A stretch of DNA of 63,392 bases, filler included. It is 7 parts of 7 records of this genome, joined end to end, with 100 filler letters (N's around TTAATTAATTAA, not from the genome) between each part and the next. Parts side by side here need not be neighbours in the genome. Positions count along the whole stretch, not along the records: positions 1 to 5,248 come from SRR2962707_4002; positions 5,349 to 13,373 come from SRR2962707_4004; positions 13,474 to 22,788 come from SRR2962707_4017; 4 more parts are not named here. One strand, written 5' to 3'. Below are positions 1 to 13,474 of the stretch, piece by piece. The number at the start of each line of letters is the position of its first letter. Positions within the stretch are counted from its first letter, which is position 1. Made by a program: the position numbers and the translations under genes. Under the pieces are notes generated by a model. That model saw only the letters and a program-made list of their open reading frames with translations. It was not told the DNA's origin and did no database searches.

Positions 1-54
1 TACTACTACTACTACTACTACTACAACAACGAAGACGACGACGACGGCGACAAC
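1..54. repeat. (TAC)n/(AAC)/(GAC)n microsatellite at contig start
   Basis: tactactac... followed by aacaac and gacgacgac runs. Confidence 0.9.
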
Positions 55-349
55 TTTCACGAAATTTTCTTTGCTTGTCTAAACTTGTGGCTGCTGGTGA
101 GCTAGCTGGCTGGTCGGCTGGCTGCGCCCTCTCCCGTCTCATTGATTGAGCGAGCGGGACGAAAATTTGAAACGAAAAAACAAAAAAAAAAGTTGCTGCA
201 GCCACTCCTCGCTCACTCGCCCACTTACTCGTTGGGCGACATGGAGAATCGCGCACAGCCCAGCTAAAGGGGGCGGGGGGGCGGGGGACTGAAACCGGTG
301 AGAGTAGCATCATCGAGTACAACCATCCATAGAGTACCGGTAGATCAAC

Positions 350-2971
350 ATGGGTCAAGTAGAAGGGACTCAAAGTCACCGCTCTCAGCGCCAGCAACAG
401 CAGCGGTCAGATCCCACGTTCGTAGACTACTACGACGCGCCCCGTCGCAAGTGGCGGAGTGCCGAGGTGAACGCGGAGATACAGGCGTGGAACCAGGAGC
501 CGTCCCTCGAGCTTGTCTTCTGGGATGACGGCGGCAACCAGAGAGTGGTCACTGTCCCGCGGAGCTCCCCAAACATTCAGAGCCATGGAACGTACACGGC
601 GAAACAACGGGTTGACTCCTTCACTGGGGCAGGAACGCAAGTGACGGGGATGTCCAATGCCCCTGTGCCAGCTTCGGCATCGTCGTCTTCCGTTGTGGTT
701 GCCCGCCCAGCGCGCGGAGCTCCTGTTGTGCCAGGGCACGTTGTCAGCCATGGCTCTTCTGTGCTGGCAGTTCAAGCGCAGCGGGCGTCCGCCGCGGGGC
801 AAGCGGAACGGGGCGGCAGCGCCCCGTCTGGAGGGCCCAAACCGGTATTCCCAAGCGGTAGCAGTTCGGTCTCAGAGGAGGAGGCGAAAGAACTTGGAAA
901 GCTCCTCTACCTCACAGCCAACGCCAACATTCCAGATGGACGAGTTGACACCTCGGGGTCCATTGGTATTGGAGATATGTTAGATGTGAAGAAGGTTGGG
1001 CAGGCGCACACGGAGTGGGCGATGGCGGAGGTGAAGGCCACTCGCAGAGACGTTCGGCAGATGCCCTGGGTGCTCGTGCAGATGATTGGTCCTGATAACG
1101 ATGCAAGTCAAGAATGGATTCCGTTCGAATCTGATCGCATCGCACCGTCTGGAAAGAGGGCCGGCGTGATGATGCACCCCTTCACGGCCGGCCAGATGGT
1201 AGATGCCCTCGATCAATTCACCGACAAATTCGGAAATCATCAGAAAGTGTGGCGACTCGCCACAGTGCTTGCAGTTGATTGCACCCGTATCAAGGTGCGC
1301 CCATCCACCATCAATTTTGTCAGCTGTTGGACTGCTATTGCCCGGCATTTCCCTGTCTGCGTTTTTAGCTGGTGGCCTTGTGATCGCCGCACGATTGCTT
1401 GGTTGTCAGGTGCACTTTGAAGGATGGAATCCCCGGTGGGATATATGGCTTGACGTGTCGACTGATGCTGGCATGAAACGCGTCGCAAAGGCTTTCCGGC
1501 ACACCGGAAAGGCAACTGACGTTGGTGCGCCGCTTGTGGTGGTTTTCCAAGCGTCAATTGCAACGTGTGATTCGTGTGCAACCAACGTTGTTAACAAATC
1601 GACGCCATCCTGCTGAAAAAAATTAGGCACTCTAAAGAAAGTTCAAGACGAAAGCTTCAGAGCCAAGCTGGTCGAGCTAGGTTTCAAAATATTTGAGATG
1701 GCGTCAGACGGAAACTGCCTATTTCGCGCAGTGGCTCATCAAATATTCGGCGATGTTTCCCACCATGCTATTGTCCGTCAGCAGTGCTGCGACTATATGG
1801 CCAACAATCGAGACCATTTCGAGGTGCGCGTGGCGTCGACTGTACCCGCCCTCATTACATGCCTGCTCGCTTTGGCTCGTTGCAAGCGAGTGGCTTTTGC
1901 AGCTGATGTCCATTGTCCTTCTTGGCTGTGTGAAGGCGTTTGCAGACGAAGGTTCTTTTGAGGGGTATGTTGCCTCGATGCGCAGCCCTCAGACGTGGGG
2001 TGGTGACTTGGAGATCCATGCAATGGAAGAACTGTACGATCACCCCATCGCCATTTACTCTGGCGATGCACCTGATCCCAATCGGCCCATGAACTACAAA
2101 GCTTTGGTCGAGAAGGAGAAGATTCACGACCTGCGTGGAGGTCTGTACCAGTGACCGTGATGCCAGCGGCATGGTTGTGTTGATGACTGCGCAAAATGCC
2201 AGTGCGGAATTGTGTGCATGAGGGAGGGGGAATGCAAGATGTACTTTCTGGTGAGACGTTACAGACGCTGATTGTGATGTTTGCTGTTTTTTGTGGCCAG
2301 CGGAGCGCATTACAATATCCTACCATGGAAAGAGTCATTACAATTCCATATTGCACTTCAATGCCACTTTGCCACTCACACGGCGTCGCACGCCGGGTGC
2401 CCTGCGCCGTGCTCGGCTTGCTGGTCTTGCACCCGTGTCCGTACTGCCCAAATCACCATCAAGGCGACGCGAGTCAAAAGTCGACGATTTCGGTGGTGCA
2501 CCACGAATCCCACCACCTTGTCGAAAAGACCGCTCAGTGCAAGAACCGCCTTCTCACGGTGTTGCTGGCGAGGCCGAGGTGATCGTCACAGCAACTCCGA
2601 GCGTGTCCCAACACGCTACGCCCCGGCCGTCGCGCCGCGTCATCGATGATGACGATGACGACATTGTGACGCCAGTTGCACTCACGCGTGTTGGCAGTGG
2701 AGGCATGTCAAGGCTCGGTGCCAGTTTGGCTGCTGCACACTCACCGCGCGGTAGCATTGCCCCGGATCAGTCGGCGCAGACAGCACGAGGTTCGGCTGCA
2801 CCGGGGATCCGCAGTGTGGGTGCCAGTGAGGCGGAAGTTCTCGTTTCTGCAACTCCAGTCACAGCAACTCCTGTCACCAAAGACGACGGCGCGCATGGAG
2901 AGGCGGACGTCGTCGCTGCACCTGTCCAAGCAAGTCCTGAGAAAGCCCCTCCCCATATCACAAATAGATAA
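350..2971 (+). CDS. Spliced gene: N-terminal Tudor/chromo-barrel-like repeats + OTU-family deubiquitinase + low-complexity tail
   Basis: Exons joined by GT-AG introns (e.g. 1295-1409, AAG|GTGCGC...GTCAG|GTG) give MASDGNCLFRAVAHQIFG (catalytic Cys loop), QTWGGDLEIHAMEELY and ISYHGKSHYNSI (His loop). Upstream GQMVDALD...WRLATVLAVD..RIKVHFEGWNPRWDIW resembles Tudor-knot/MBT barrels. Confidence 0.88.
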
Positions 2972-3044
2972 TAACTTTACTCTCAATTCATAGCCGGTTG
3001 TTAGCTCTGTGAAATCAAGCCCGTTATGACATTCCAAGAGATTC

Positions 3045-4790
3045 CTACAACAAGGAAGAGGTTCTTGCTGCAGCTAACCACTGATCCACAATCGGCCGAT
3101 GACCAGCGATGAACACATGCAATACATCGATACCGCGCCCGAACCGCTCAGGCATAAGTTCACGCGGCAGCGGCACGAACGTGATGGAGCCCTCGTCTCC
3201 GAATTCATGCCGTGGTTCCCGTGATTTTCCATCGCCCTTGCCATCGCCATTGTCTTCTGCTGGCTGACTCAAAGCAAAGGCGCTCGCGGCACGCGTGGTA
3301 CCAGGTGGGTTGTCTTGAGCCAAATCAACTTCGGAGCAAAGGGTGTCAAAGAAGAGATGGTCGGTTCGAACAGCTCGCGTTTGATGGGATAAAACCAGCA
3401 CAGCCATGGGGTTAGTGGTCAGAAGCCGGGCGGTGAGACGAGCCAGCGGGGGGACCAATTCTTCAACCCTGTGACACACACAAATTCAACTTCAATCCAA
3501 CGGGAGCGACTGACACAAAAACAATGAGAAAAATGACGCAGCACATACAGCTTCGCGGCACGCCAGAAGTTTCACAAAAAAAAAAAAAAGAGCAGAAAAA
3601 GCAGAAAAAAGCAATGACAGCACAAAACAGTGAAGGCATGCATCAGGGCGCACCAAATGATGTCTGCTCCCAGTATGATGTCCACTGCACCTGGTTGGAG
3701 AAAATCCGGCCCTGTCCTACAGGTAGAGCAAAAACATATGTCAGCAAATTTCGTGCAAGCCACCACACTAACGTGAGAGTCCAGAAACGTTATCGCGACG
3801 GACCCTCCAGCGTCTGGCCGGAACCAATCCAGAGCTACAGCTTCCACCGGATGGTCCGATCCTTCCGCGATTGGCGGATCCCTGCCGGCAGTTGGACGGG
3901 CGGAGAGTGTTGCGTTGATGTTGTTGTTGAGTGACGGTAGACAATACTCCAAGTCTGTCAGAAACGTGTGACTCGCGCCGAGTGCCGCAGCTGAAAGGCC
4001 AGCAAGGCCGGTGCCTGAAACAGAACCCACACACAGCAAGAATGAAGGAACTATCGAGAAGAAAGAAAGTCAATACGAACCCACACAAAACCGGTGTGCA
4101 CTGTGCTTTCAAATTTGCGGTCGCAGAATCACCCCACAACCCTTTCATGCCCACCTGAGCCAAGCTCCAGGACACGAGCACCACGAACAAAATGTGGGAA
4201 CACCAACTCCAGGGTCTTCGCCAACAACACTGCGCCGTCCCAAACGATTCGGCCGGTGTCCGCATGCTGCTGCTGTGCCGCATCCCGTCCATCTCCAAAC
4301 GATGTGATCACGAGAGGATGTCCCGCAACACTGAATTCGCCCCGTGCAAAGTCGTAGGAAAATGCCTGGCGAACCGCAGGGGAAAATAAGCGCAATGTCG
4401 CACCCTGCTATCCAACCAAATGGATTGCAACCAACACTGCATGTTGAAGCGGCGTTGAAGCAAAGTGAACTGTAAACGCACCCGATCTTTAATAAGGAGC
4501 ATAGGAGCAGAGCCACCACCTGCGACGGTGCCAGTTTCTAACTCCCAATTTCGCGTGGTTGAATTGAAAGCAAAAACTGTTCCGTCAGCAGCAACGTAGC
4601 GGCGAGTTTTCTTTTTTTTTTGAGGCTTTTCCTGCTCGTCCGCGTCCGGTTCACTTTCTGCTGCTGCTCCTACTGCTTCTCCTGCTCTGCCGCTTGCTCC
4701 ATCGCTTCCTGCCCCTTCTTCTTTTTGCTGCTTCCTCGGCTCAATTTTCTGAATCGAGGAACCTGCGTGGCGCTCGATTGTCGAAGACAT
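3045..4790 (-). CDS. Spliced gene: METTL21/Methyltransf_16-type seven-beta-strand protein lysine methyltransferase
   Basis: Spliced product contains TGRIVWDGAVLLA, RVLELGS|GTGLAGL (SAM-binding motif I), LTDL, ALDW and DIILGADIIW. Start uncertain: an in-frame upstream ATG at 4907 would add a hydrophobic leader. Confidence 0.85.
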
Positions 4791-5248
4791 CGTAGACTGG
4801 GAGCGTTCTTGTTCGATCCTGGCGCCAACTACCGCCAGCGGGCAGAGTTGTTGTGCAGCCCCAAGCACACACAGAAGAAGAGTCGCGAAACGAGAGTTCG
4901 GGCGCATGCACTTCCGTGGCAAAAAGTGCCACTCGAACAAAAATGATGTCACTGCCGCCGTACCACCTGCTGCAGGTCTGGAGCGACCCGACACACGAGT
5001 GGTGGCAACGCAGGCGCGCAAAGGCGGACAGAGCGTTTTGGAGTGCGAGGTCCTGCAAGGCTACGCAGGCCAGAGACTTCAAGGAGACAGAGTCTCGCGG
5101 CCTCGAGAGTGTGCATCAGCACGTACGAACTCTGGACTTGCAAGAACAGAAAAACGGAGGAAGAAAGGGAAAGAAAAAAGAGAGAACAAACACGATTGAG
5201 AGGCGGACAACAACTTGTATACATACATTACATACACACATACATACA

Positions 5249-5348
5249 NNNNNNNNNNNNNNNNNNNNNNNNNNNNNNNNNNNNNNNNNNNNTTAATTAA
5301 TTAANNNNNNNNNNNNNNNNNNNNNNNNNNNNNNNNNNNNNNNNNNNN
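5249..5348. other. Artificial contig spacer
   Basis: N-run with central TTAATTAATTAA (stops in all six frames); same design at all six joins. Confidence 0.97.
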
Positions 5349-5401
5349 GCTGCTGCTGCTGCTGCTGCCTCTGCGTGGCCTGTGTCACAGTCCGCCGAAA
5401 C

Positions 5402-7386
5402 ATGCCAGCCAGCGCCTTCTCCGCAGCTTTGGGCGCTGCCTCTGCGGCTTTAGCCTTGTGCTGGTCCCCGGCATCCGCGCTCTCGCCGCTGGTCTCCCTC
5501 CCGAACTCGCAGGGCGATGTTGTCGGGACGTGCTCTGCCACTGAGTGCGCGTGGAAGGGCATCCCCTTCGGCGAAGACACGTCCGGAGCGAACCGCTTCG
5601 TCGCGCCGGTGCCGAAGGCCCCGTGGAGTGCCCCGGTCAACGCCACAGGCGACGCGCCCGGCTGCATCAGCATCCACCACAACCCGGACACCGCGAAAGT
5701 GCAGTCGGAGGACTGCCTCAACCTGAATGTCTACGCGCCCGCCTCCGCAGCGCCAGGCTCCAAGCTTCCGGTTTACGTGTTCCTGTACGGAGGGTCCTTC
5801 ACGGAGGGCAGCAATTACGGCCCCTTCGACATGTACCAGGGCCGCGGGTTCACACGGAATGACGTCATTTTTGTCGCGCCCAATTATCGTCTTGGGGCTT
5901 ACGCGTTCCTGGTCACGGACAAACTGTCTGGCAACGTGGGGTTGCTGGACCAACGGCTAGCGCTCAAGTGGGTGCAGGACAACATCGAAGTCTTCGGAGG
6001 GGATCCATCTCGCGTCACGCTTGGTGGCGAGTCCGCCGGCGCAATGAGTGTCGGGTACCACCTCGTCAGCCCTGGTTCATGGCCGTACTTTCAAGCTGCC
6101 ATTATGGAATCCAACCCCTCTGCGCTTCTTCCCCGGCCCAACGATCGGGCACGGCTGTACGGTGTGGACTTTTGTGAAATTCTCGGGTGCCAGTCGCTGC
6201 TTCAAGGCTGCGACACCCAGTGCATTCAGGCCGCTCCCGCTGCCAATATCAGCGAGGCTTGGAAGAAATCTGCCGGGAATGATATCGTCTACGTGTTGGC
6301 CAACTGGGGTCATTTGCTCGACGGCATGCTGGACTTCAAACCCACAATTGACGGCACGATTCTTCCCATGGGTTCGGTTGCGGCCGTAATGGCAGACAAG
6401 TGGGCCCGTGACAAGCCTGTTCTCCTTGGAAGCAACACTGCTGAGGGAGTTGCCTTTTTGGGAAATACAAATATCAACGAACTTGAGTTTGCCGCCGCAG
6501 TCGAGCTGCTGTTTGCTGGAAAACCGACGAAGCTCGTCGACGAAATTCTGTTGCGGTGTGTAACTTTTTTGTGCTTGTAGTTCCGATACGCGTCCTGCTT
6601 TTTTTTTGGGCCAAACCGGCCGACACGGAGTGTCTTCTATGCTAGCGCGGTGTGTGACCACCAGCAAACACCGCTTTGTTGTTCGTAGGTACGGTCCTGA
6701 GGGAAAATTCAACGGAACGCTCGCGCTTTCGGCCATGTTGACAGACTTTTGGTTCCGCTGCGCCACCGAGCAGTTTGCAAATGCAGCCCAGCGAGCCAAC
6801 CAGTCGACATTTGTTTATCGGTGCGTTGGGGAGTGATCCTCGCAGTTTGCCTGCCGCAGGCCTTCTCCCTCCACCTGTGTGCCTGACGAGTGACATCGTT
6901 AAACGGTGAAATGCTGCGACAGGTACGATCACCTCATCAGCGTCCCAACTTTGTGGCCGCATTTTGGCCTTCCTGCTCTTTGTGAGACAAACGTCTGTCA
7001 CGCAGCGGAGCTCCCAATCGTCTTCGATCTACATGAAGTCCGCGACCCTCTGCTCAACATCACACTGACGCCGGAGGAAGCTCAACTCAGTGCGGACATG
7101 GACACGTTCGTTTCAGATTTGTCATTATGTGTGTGGTTGCTGTTTGTTGTTTCGACTCTTGCGCCCCTCAAACCACGATTGTGTGGTTTACGCTTTCGAC
7201 CCATACAGATACTGGACCGCTTTCATTAAGGGCGACTATGAGGCAATGGTCAGCGCTGCCGGTGATACCTGGCCAGCTTGGGACAGCTCCACACGTCAAA
7301 ATATTGTTATTGACACCAAATTTTCCACCGAAACCTCCATCTCCGAGTGTGCTGACCTGTGGGACAAGATTGGGTACACCTTGTAG
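5402..7386 (+). CDS. Secreted type-B carboxylesterase/cholinesterase-family alpha/beta hydrolase (3 introns)
   Basis: Signal-peptide-like N-terminus; WKGIPFG, SEDCLNLNVY, YGGSF, NYRLG, GLLDQRLALKWVQDNIEVFGGDP; nucleophile GESAG; GSNTAEG; CHAAEL. GT-AG introns near 6556, 6821 and 7105; TAG ends at 7386. Confidence 0.93.
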
Positions 7387-7551
7387 AAGCACGTATCGAA
7401 CTCGAATGCGCAGGGTTGCCATGCCCCGAACCAAACCAGAGTGTTCGTGTGAACTATTTTCATCATAATTTAGTTTCGCGTGGAAAAGGAGCCTCTTCAA
7501 TTTGATGAGCTCGTCCGAGTTCATGTTTGCGATCCACACGTCGAGCGCGTT

Positions 7552-10500
7552 TCATTCTACGTACAAACTGTTTTGAAATGATGTCATCACATTCTCTGAG
7601 GCGTCGTCGTCAACATCCCCAGCATCTACCTGCAACTCTTCGAGCAGATTGCCAGCTTCGAAATAAATGTCGCTCTCGTCGTCCAATCCGTTTTCAAGTG
7701 CCTCTTGGATGCCATTCATCAAAGCTGTTACGTCGCGAGACTCTCTGACTGCGTCGACAAGCGTCGTCAGCTTTGACGTGGTTCGCGAGGCCCTGCACCT
7801 TCGATTCAACAGGAATCTCCGCCCAAGGGCTTGACCAAGAATGGCGCACCGCCATTCTGCTGGCATTTTGTCGAGTGCACATGATAGGTCCTTTCCCAAG
7901 TCTGCTTCTTCAACACCAGCAGGCTCGTCGCCATGGAACAGAACTTCTTCGGTCAATCTGCATTGGAAGAATGTCGAGAGAAGCAATGGGCATACGACAT
8001 GAGGTCCACAGTGGCAGCCAGGCACGCAACAAAGGTTGGATTCACAACAATGGAAGCAACGTACACATTGAAGTAATACCAGTCACCCTCACGCCAGTCG
8101 TAAATATGCACCCATGCCTTCACAAGGATGTTTTGGTCCATGGACGCAGAGCGAACACGGCGTCGCTCAACCAATTCAGCCTCCTTAAGTTTCATCGACG
8201 CTTTGAGCTCCCGGTGGCGCTTCGCTTTAAAAATTTCTTCAATTTCTTCCGACAACTCCCCCGACTACCAACACCACAGCAGCAATGCAGTCGCATGAAA
8301 ATGAGCACCGCGATTACCATTTGGAAGTGAAGCGCTTCATCAACGCTGCTCTCGTCGAACGTACTCGAAAGTACAGCGGAGACTGCTGCGTGAGTCCATC
8401 GCATATGGCTTGGTGCACGCAATCACGCATGCTATTGAGTCCTCCAGCTGCTTGGAACTCCGCAAGGGCTCCACCGCTAAAGTCAGCTTGATCTTCGTCT
8501 AAGGATCGATCCTTCCAGTCTTCAATGGCAGCCTCAGCGCGAGAAATCCACCTGCAGAAACGAAACGCCACAAACAACGCGAATGCCAAAACGGCCGGAA
8601 ATTAGGAACAGCGATTCAGGGCACAACAGCAATTTCCTTCAGCTGCTAAACAATCACGGTGTCAAGAGCAGCAACGCACGTCTGTAGTTGAAGTTTCAGC
8701 CCGTCAAGACGAATATCGTTGAGGACAGCCTGTGCTTCGGCGTCAACCGCCTTAACCGCGTCGTCCTGCTTGTATGCTTGCACAAGCTTTTTCACGCGCG
8801 CGCGGTCCTTGTACGAGACGCTCGGTGTGCGAGAATGCCCAGGAGACCCAGGAGGTGTGGCGCTTGCCTTGGCGGCTGAACGTGGGGAGCCGTTCATGGC
8901 ATCCATCTCAAACTCGTGCAACGCCTGCAAGAGGACGTCATCGGCGTTTTGCACCGCTTTTACAGCATCCTGCAAGGGCGTTAGGTTGCGTGAGGTTCGA
9001 GCCTGATTCGTAATAGACGCTAGAGTGTGTCGGCCCTCAAGTGTTCGGAGAGCACACAGTAACAACCGAGATTTCAGGCTGTCATCGTGGTCCTCGTCGA
9101 GGCCCTGTTCTTTCGCATCGGCAATGGCTGTTTTAAGCTTTGCCTGCACCTCGGCGGACCATCCCCCGAAGGTCAATGCGCCTCCGCCCAGCACTTCTTC
9201 CACAATCCTGTGAAGGGTCTCGCGTGCCTGCATGAGACTTTCCAGCTGGATGCATCGATCGATTTTGGCGACTAGTCGTTGCGCTTCGTCAGTCAATGAC
9301 AATGACGCCGCTGGATCAAGCGGTGTGCCTGTGGAAAGAGCAGACGCTTCAAGCTTGGCGGCGTGAGCTCGTGCTTTGGCGTCAGCTGATTTGACCTGCA
9401 CAATTCGGCCATTGAGTTCCCGTCGAAAATGCTGCAGCTGTTCAAAGTGCGACATCCTGTCCTCTTTGGGCATCGCTTGCGACTTGTTCAGCAGCGCCCG
9501 AACCTCGGAGCATGTGCCTGCAAGCCGGTCGCGGTGCAATCCCCAACTTGCAACGTACAATTCAAGAAGTTTGCGCAGAGCGCTCGCAAGTGGTTCCTGC
9601 TTCCGCGGCAATTTTTTTGACTCGGCTTTCACGACTGCCCCCAGAAGCGTGTCAATTAGAACGTCTGCTTCTTCAGGCGAGCGCACCGGTGATCCGGTAA
9701 CCTGGTCAAGAGCTTCTTGCAATCGCTCGCGCACCTTCGCTAAGAGCCCAACCCGAACCAGTTTTGCCTTGGACACGGCCAGCTTGGAACGACCAATGAA
9801 AGACTCACTACGTCGCGAACCAAAGAAGGCGTCTCCAGCCTCCCCAAACTTCGTGGCTTTGTCCATCTGTCGGAGATCACCGTCCAGCTTTGCAAGGGAT
9901 TTCGGCGTCGCAACTCCGCCTGAAATCTGCGTATCTTCAACTCGTACAGACCCAGAACTCACCGCGAAGAGCCAGTCAGACAGTGGCAAATGACCAACGT
10001 GATCATCATCGTGCGTTTCATCGTCATCGTCACCCGCATACGAAGACGCGCCTCCGGCCGTGGTGGCATCGTCCTCTTCCACAAAATCTTCAATGTCGGA
10101 CATTCGAACCAGTGCATCCGCAGCTGCCTTCGTCCCTCGTACTTGTGCGTCACCACGTTGCTGCTTCTGCACGGCACGCTCAGCTTTTGACGAGCTGAAT
10201 TTGGTTTCGGCATGAAACAGGTCAGTTCGCTGGCGCGCAACTTCACGGACCATTTCTTGCATCAAAAGCTTCTGAGACGCTATTTGTTTTGCTCGCTTGG
10301 CACGAAACTGCATGATTGGAACTTCTGCCGCGCTGAGGCCTCCTGGGCCAATATACGACGGACTTGCTCCAAACTCCTCTTTGCAGTACGCCATCATTTC
10401 GGCAACAACGGAGCCCTTCTCGGCACCGGTTGCCAGTGCCTGTTCTTTGGCGAGAAGGCGCTTGGCGATGCCCTGAGATTGATGGCGCTTGCGAGGATTG

Positions 10501-12674
10501 AAGTGCGCATAAAATCGTTCGAGAGCAAGCCCGAGATCGGTCGTTGGCTCCATATCCCACTGCTCTGGCATTAGAGTTTTAACAAAAGCGGCCCAACGTC
10601 GCTTTTGTTGTTGTCTGGCATGGTGGCCTCGGAAGATGGTCTGCAGCCGGTTGGCGGCACGTCGTGCAGCCTGCAAACTCGCCATACTTTTCTTCCTTCG
10701 CGCGAGGGCCTGGATCACTCGAGCTGACCGTCCTTTGAAAATATCTTCAATGTAGTTCGCCTCCCGTTTGAGGCGGACCACCTCATTTTTTTGCTGCTTC
10801 GCGCGGACTATTGCTTGGATGCGCATCGCCGACTCATACCGCGCCAAACGCCCTTCACCCTGAAGCCAGTTTCGGTACACGCGCTGCACCTTTCGAGCGG
10901 CCAAATTGAGGCGGGAATCGGCGACGAAAACCTGCTTGACCGTGGTGTCCGTGTGCCGAAGAACAGCAAGCCCTCGGCGAAGGCTGTGTCCCTCCGGAAG
11001 ATCGTGCAGGGCGGGGTCATCCAGGTCCACCTCTCGACTAAAACGGAGCACATCACGTGCAAGGGCCACAAAGTTTTTGGCCTTCATGCTGACGCCGACC
11101 CTCGGGAGCAACGCCACCACTTGGCTCGCCAGCTGTTTCGCCAAGTACCGATGCATTTCATCCCGAAGCGCAACTGCTTCTTGAGCAACATGCTTGGCTG
11201 CCTCATCTGTTGTTGATGGTGGCGGTGGTGTGACTCCATTGTCCACTGCCCCATCCAAACTCGGTACACTGGCTTCAAGCCGGGGTTGCAAGGTTGCTGA
11301 CACTGTCCGAAGTTCACGCAGACTGTCAACGACATCCGGCAAATCCGGCAGCAACAGCACCTTTCTCAAACGTTCGAGCTGTCGAAGAATCTCTTGGTCA
11401 GCAGAAGTGAATTCAAACCGCGGGCGGTGCTTCGCCGACTTTTTGCGGCGCCCCTTACTCGGGGTTGCCGCGGGACCGGCCTCTGCCTCGGCAACATCGC
11501 GTGGCCTCGCTGCAGCGTCTGACTGTTTCGCCGCTTGTGCGGCTGCTGCAAGGGCGGCCTTGCGAGCCTCTTCGGCTGCTTCGTCCTCCTTTTCCTTTTT
11601 GTCAGCCAGGAGTTTCTGCACTTGCTGGTGCTTTCTCTCTGCAGTTGCCTTCTCGCGTTCTTCGGCCCGAGCAGCATCTTCTTCAGCCCTGCGCTGCGCT
11701 GTTGTGTTTTCTCGCAACTTGTCAGCAGCTTGTTGCAGCACCACGCGCGCCTGCTCCACCACTGGGTGAGATTGGAAAGTCCCACTCAGCTGCGAGTTGG
11801 CTGCCATCGCCGTGCTCGCTCTCGAAAGTACACCCTCCAACACGTCGGGGCCTCGGAATCCACGGCTCCTCAGCAAGACCGTCTCTTTCTTGATTCTAGC
11901 AATCGTTTTATCGAGCAGCCGCTGAGCTTTATCCTCCTCACTCTCAGCATGATCCAGCGATTCCCCGTGAATCGACCCAAAGAACGAACCAAGACTCTTC
12001 GTGGGGCGGTGCTTGCCCTTTGTCGTCGTCGAGAACTGCGTTACCCGCGTCATCGCTGCTGACGACTGATGACGGGCATGGCGACTGCCATACGCCCATT
12101 GGTCATCTCTGCCCACCACTGTCGTCATTTTGAGCTTCTTCCGCCCACGCTTTTTCCTGCGCTGCTGCCTTCGGGACGCACTATTGGCCGCTGCGTGTGC
12201 GGTCGCTGAAACGCGCGAATTTCTGGCCCACGTCCCTGTTGACGCTGACTCTGGTTGCTGCTCCTGTTCCAACCGGCCCACCCGGTTCTCCGCGTTGTTG
12301 CTGCTGCTGTGTTCACCGCTGCTACTGCTGCTGCTGCCGCCGCCGCTGGTTGTTCTTCTTGATGCTGTCACTGTGGGTGATATTTCGGGCAGCAATTGCC
12401 CTCGAGACGTCTTCTTCGTGCCAAGCGAGCGAGAGTGCGACGGGCGCCCGCTGATAGGACGCGAACTAGTGGGGCGTGCGCTCGTGGGGCGCCCACCGGG
12501 GCTGGGTGCGGAAGTTTCGACGCTGAAGTAACCGACACGCGTGTACGCGCTGGCGGTTATCGGCACTCGCGTGGGGCCAGCGCGGGTGGGAGACGTCTTG
12601 GCAGATGCAGAAGGAGAACGCGACGCCGACGGTGCAGCCTCGGTTCTCACCGCTTGCGACTTGGACAACAACAT
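7552..12674 (-). CDS. Large coiled-coil protein with IQ calmodulin-binding motifs and a C-terminal WW-like domain
   Basis: About 4-kb first exon from ATG 12674 (MLLSKSQ) with IQ-like motifs KVQRVYR, RIQAIVR, VIQALAR and RLQTIFRG. Three 3' GT-AG introns lead to AWVHIYDWREGDWYYFNV|LTEE (WW-like) and a stop at 7552. Confidence 0.75.
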
Positions 12675-13184
12675 GTTTTTGGCGGTCGTTGCTGTGGCCG
12701 CAGTTGTTGCTAATGCCCTTTTTATAAAGCACTCGCAAGCGGCATGCTGATGGCGTTGCGTGAAAATCACCGCACAACAGTCGCTGGCCTTCGGCAGGCC
12801 GACGCAATTTTTTTTTCTTTTTTGAATTCTTCGTTTTTCTTTCAACAACACCGACGCTGCCTCACCACAGGTGTGTGCGCAGTGAGTGAGCGAAGCCGAG
12901 TGACGATGCGGATTGTGCGCTTTTCAACACCCATGCAGCCGCCACCCACCGCAGCGAGTCCACAATCGCTCAGGATTTCGTCGTAGCAGCACCGGTGCGT
13001 CAAAGGGCGGTGTATCGTGGTCCCGAGCTTTCACGGTGCGTGCGTTCGTGCGTGCGTGCATTCGGATGAATGTTGTGATTCGGTGCATGACAGTTCTGCG
13101 CTTGGTGAGTGCATTGCATTTCGTTGTGCGTGCGTGGTGTGCCTTGCGAGTGCGCTTTTTGCGGACGTTGTGCGTGCGCTTTAG

Positions 13185-13373
13185 GAGTGTAATGTGTGTG
13201 TTTTTCGGTCGTGTGTGCGGTGTGCTTCGTGTGTGTGCGTCGCGGGGCTTGTGCTGTTGAGAGTGCTCTTCTTGCGTGAGTGAGTGTGAGTGTGAAGGTG
13301 AGTGAGTGTGTGTGAGGGTGAGGGTGTGGGTGAGCGTTGAGTTGAAGCAAAAAAAAAAAAAAAAAAAAAAAAA
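13185..13373. repeat. (GT)/(GAGT)-rich simple repeat and poly(A) at contig end
   Basis: gtgtgt/gagtgagtgtgagt runs followed by an A homopolymer. Confidence 0.85.
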
Positions 13374-13473
13374 NNNNNNNNNNNNNNNNNNNNNNNNNNN
13401 NNNNNNNNNNNNNNNNNTTAATTAATTAANNNNNNNNNNNNNNNNNNNNNNNNNNNNNNNNNNNNNNNNNNNN
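13374..13473. other. Artificial contig spacer
   Basis: N-run with central TTAATTAATTAA. Confidence 0.97.
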
Positions 13474-13474
13474 C

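Noticed and set aside
5293-5304. TTAATTAATTAA as a biological site (transposon target, recombination site)
   Set aside because: Identical and centred in 100-nt N spacers at all six joins; it is a six-frame-stop linker.
8688-12750. Numerous plus-strand ORFs opposite the 1401-aa frame, and similar shadow ORFs elsewhere
   Set aside because: Antisense shadows of a GC-rich coding strand with no recognisable motifs.
12913-13350. ORFs 12913-13260 and 13000-13350
   Set aside because: They translate GT/CA simple repeats in an upstream region; low-complexity artefacts.
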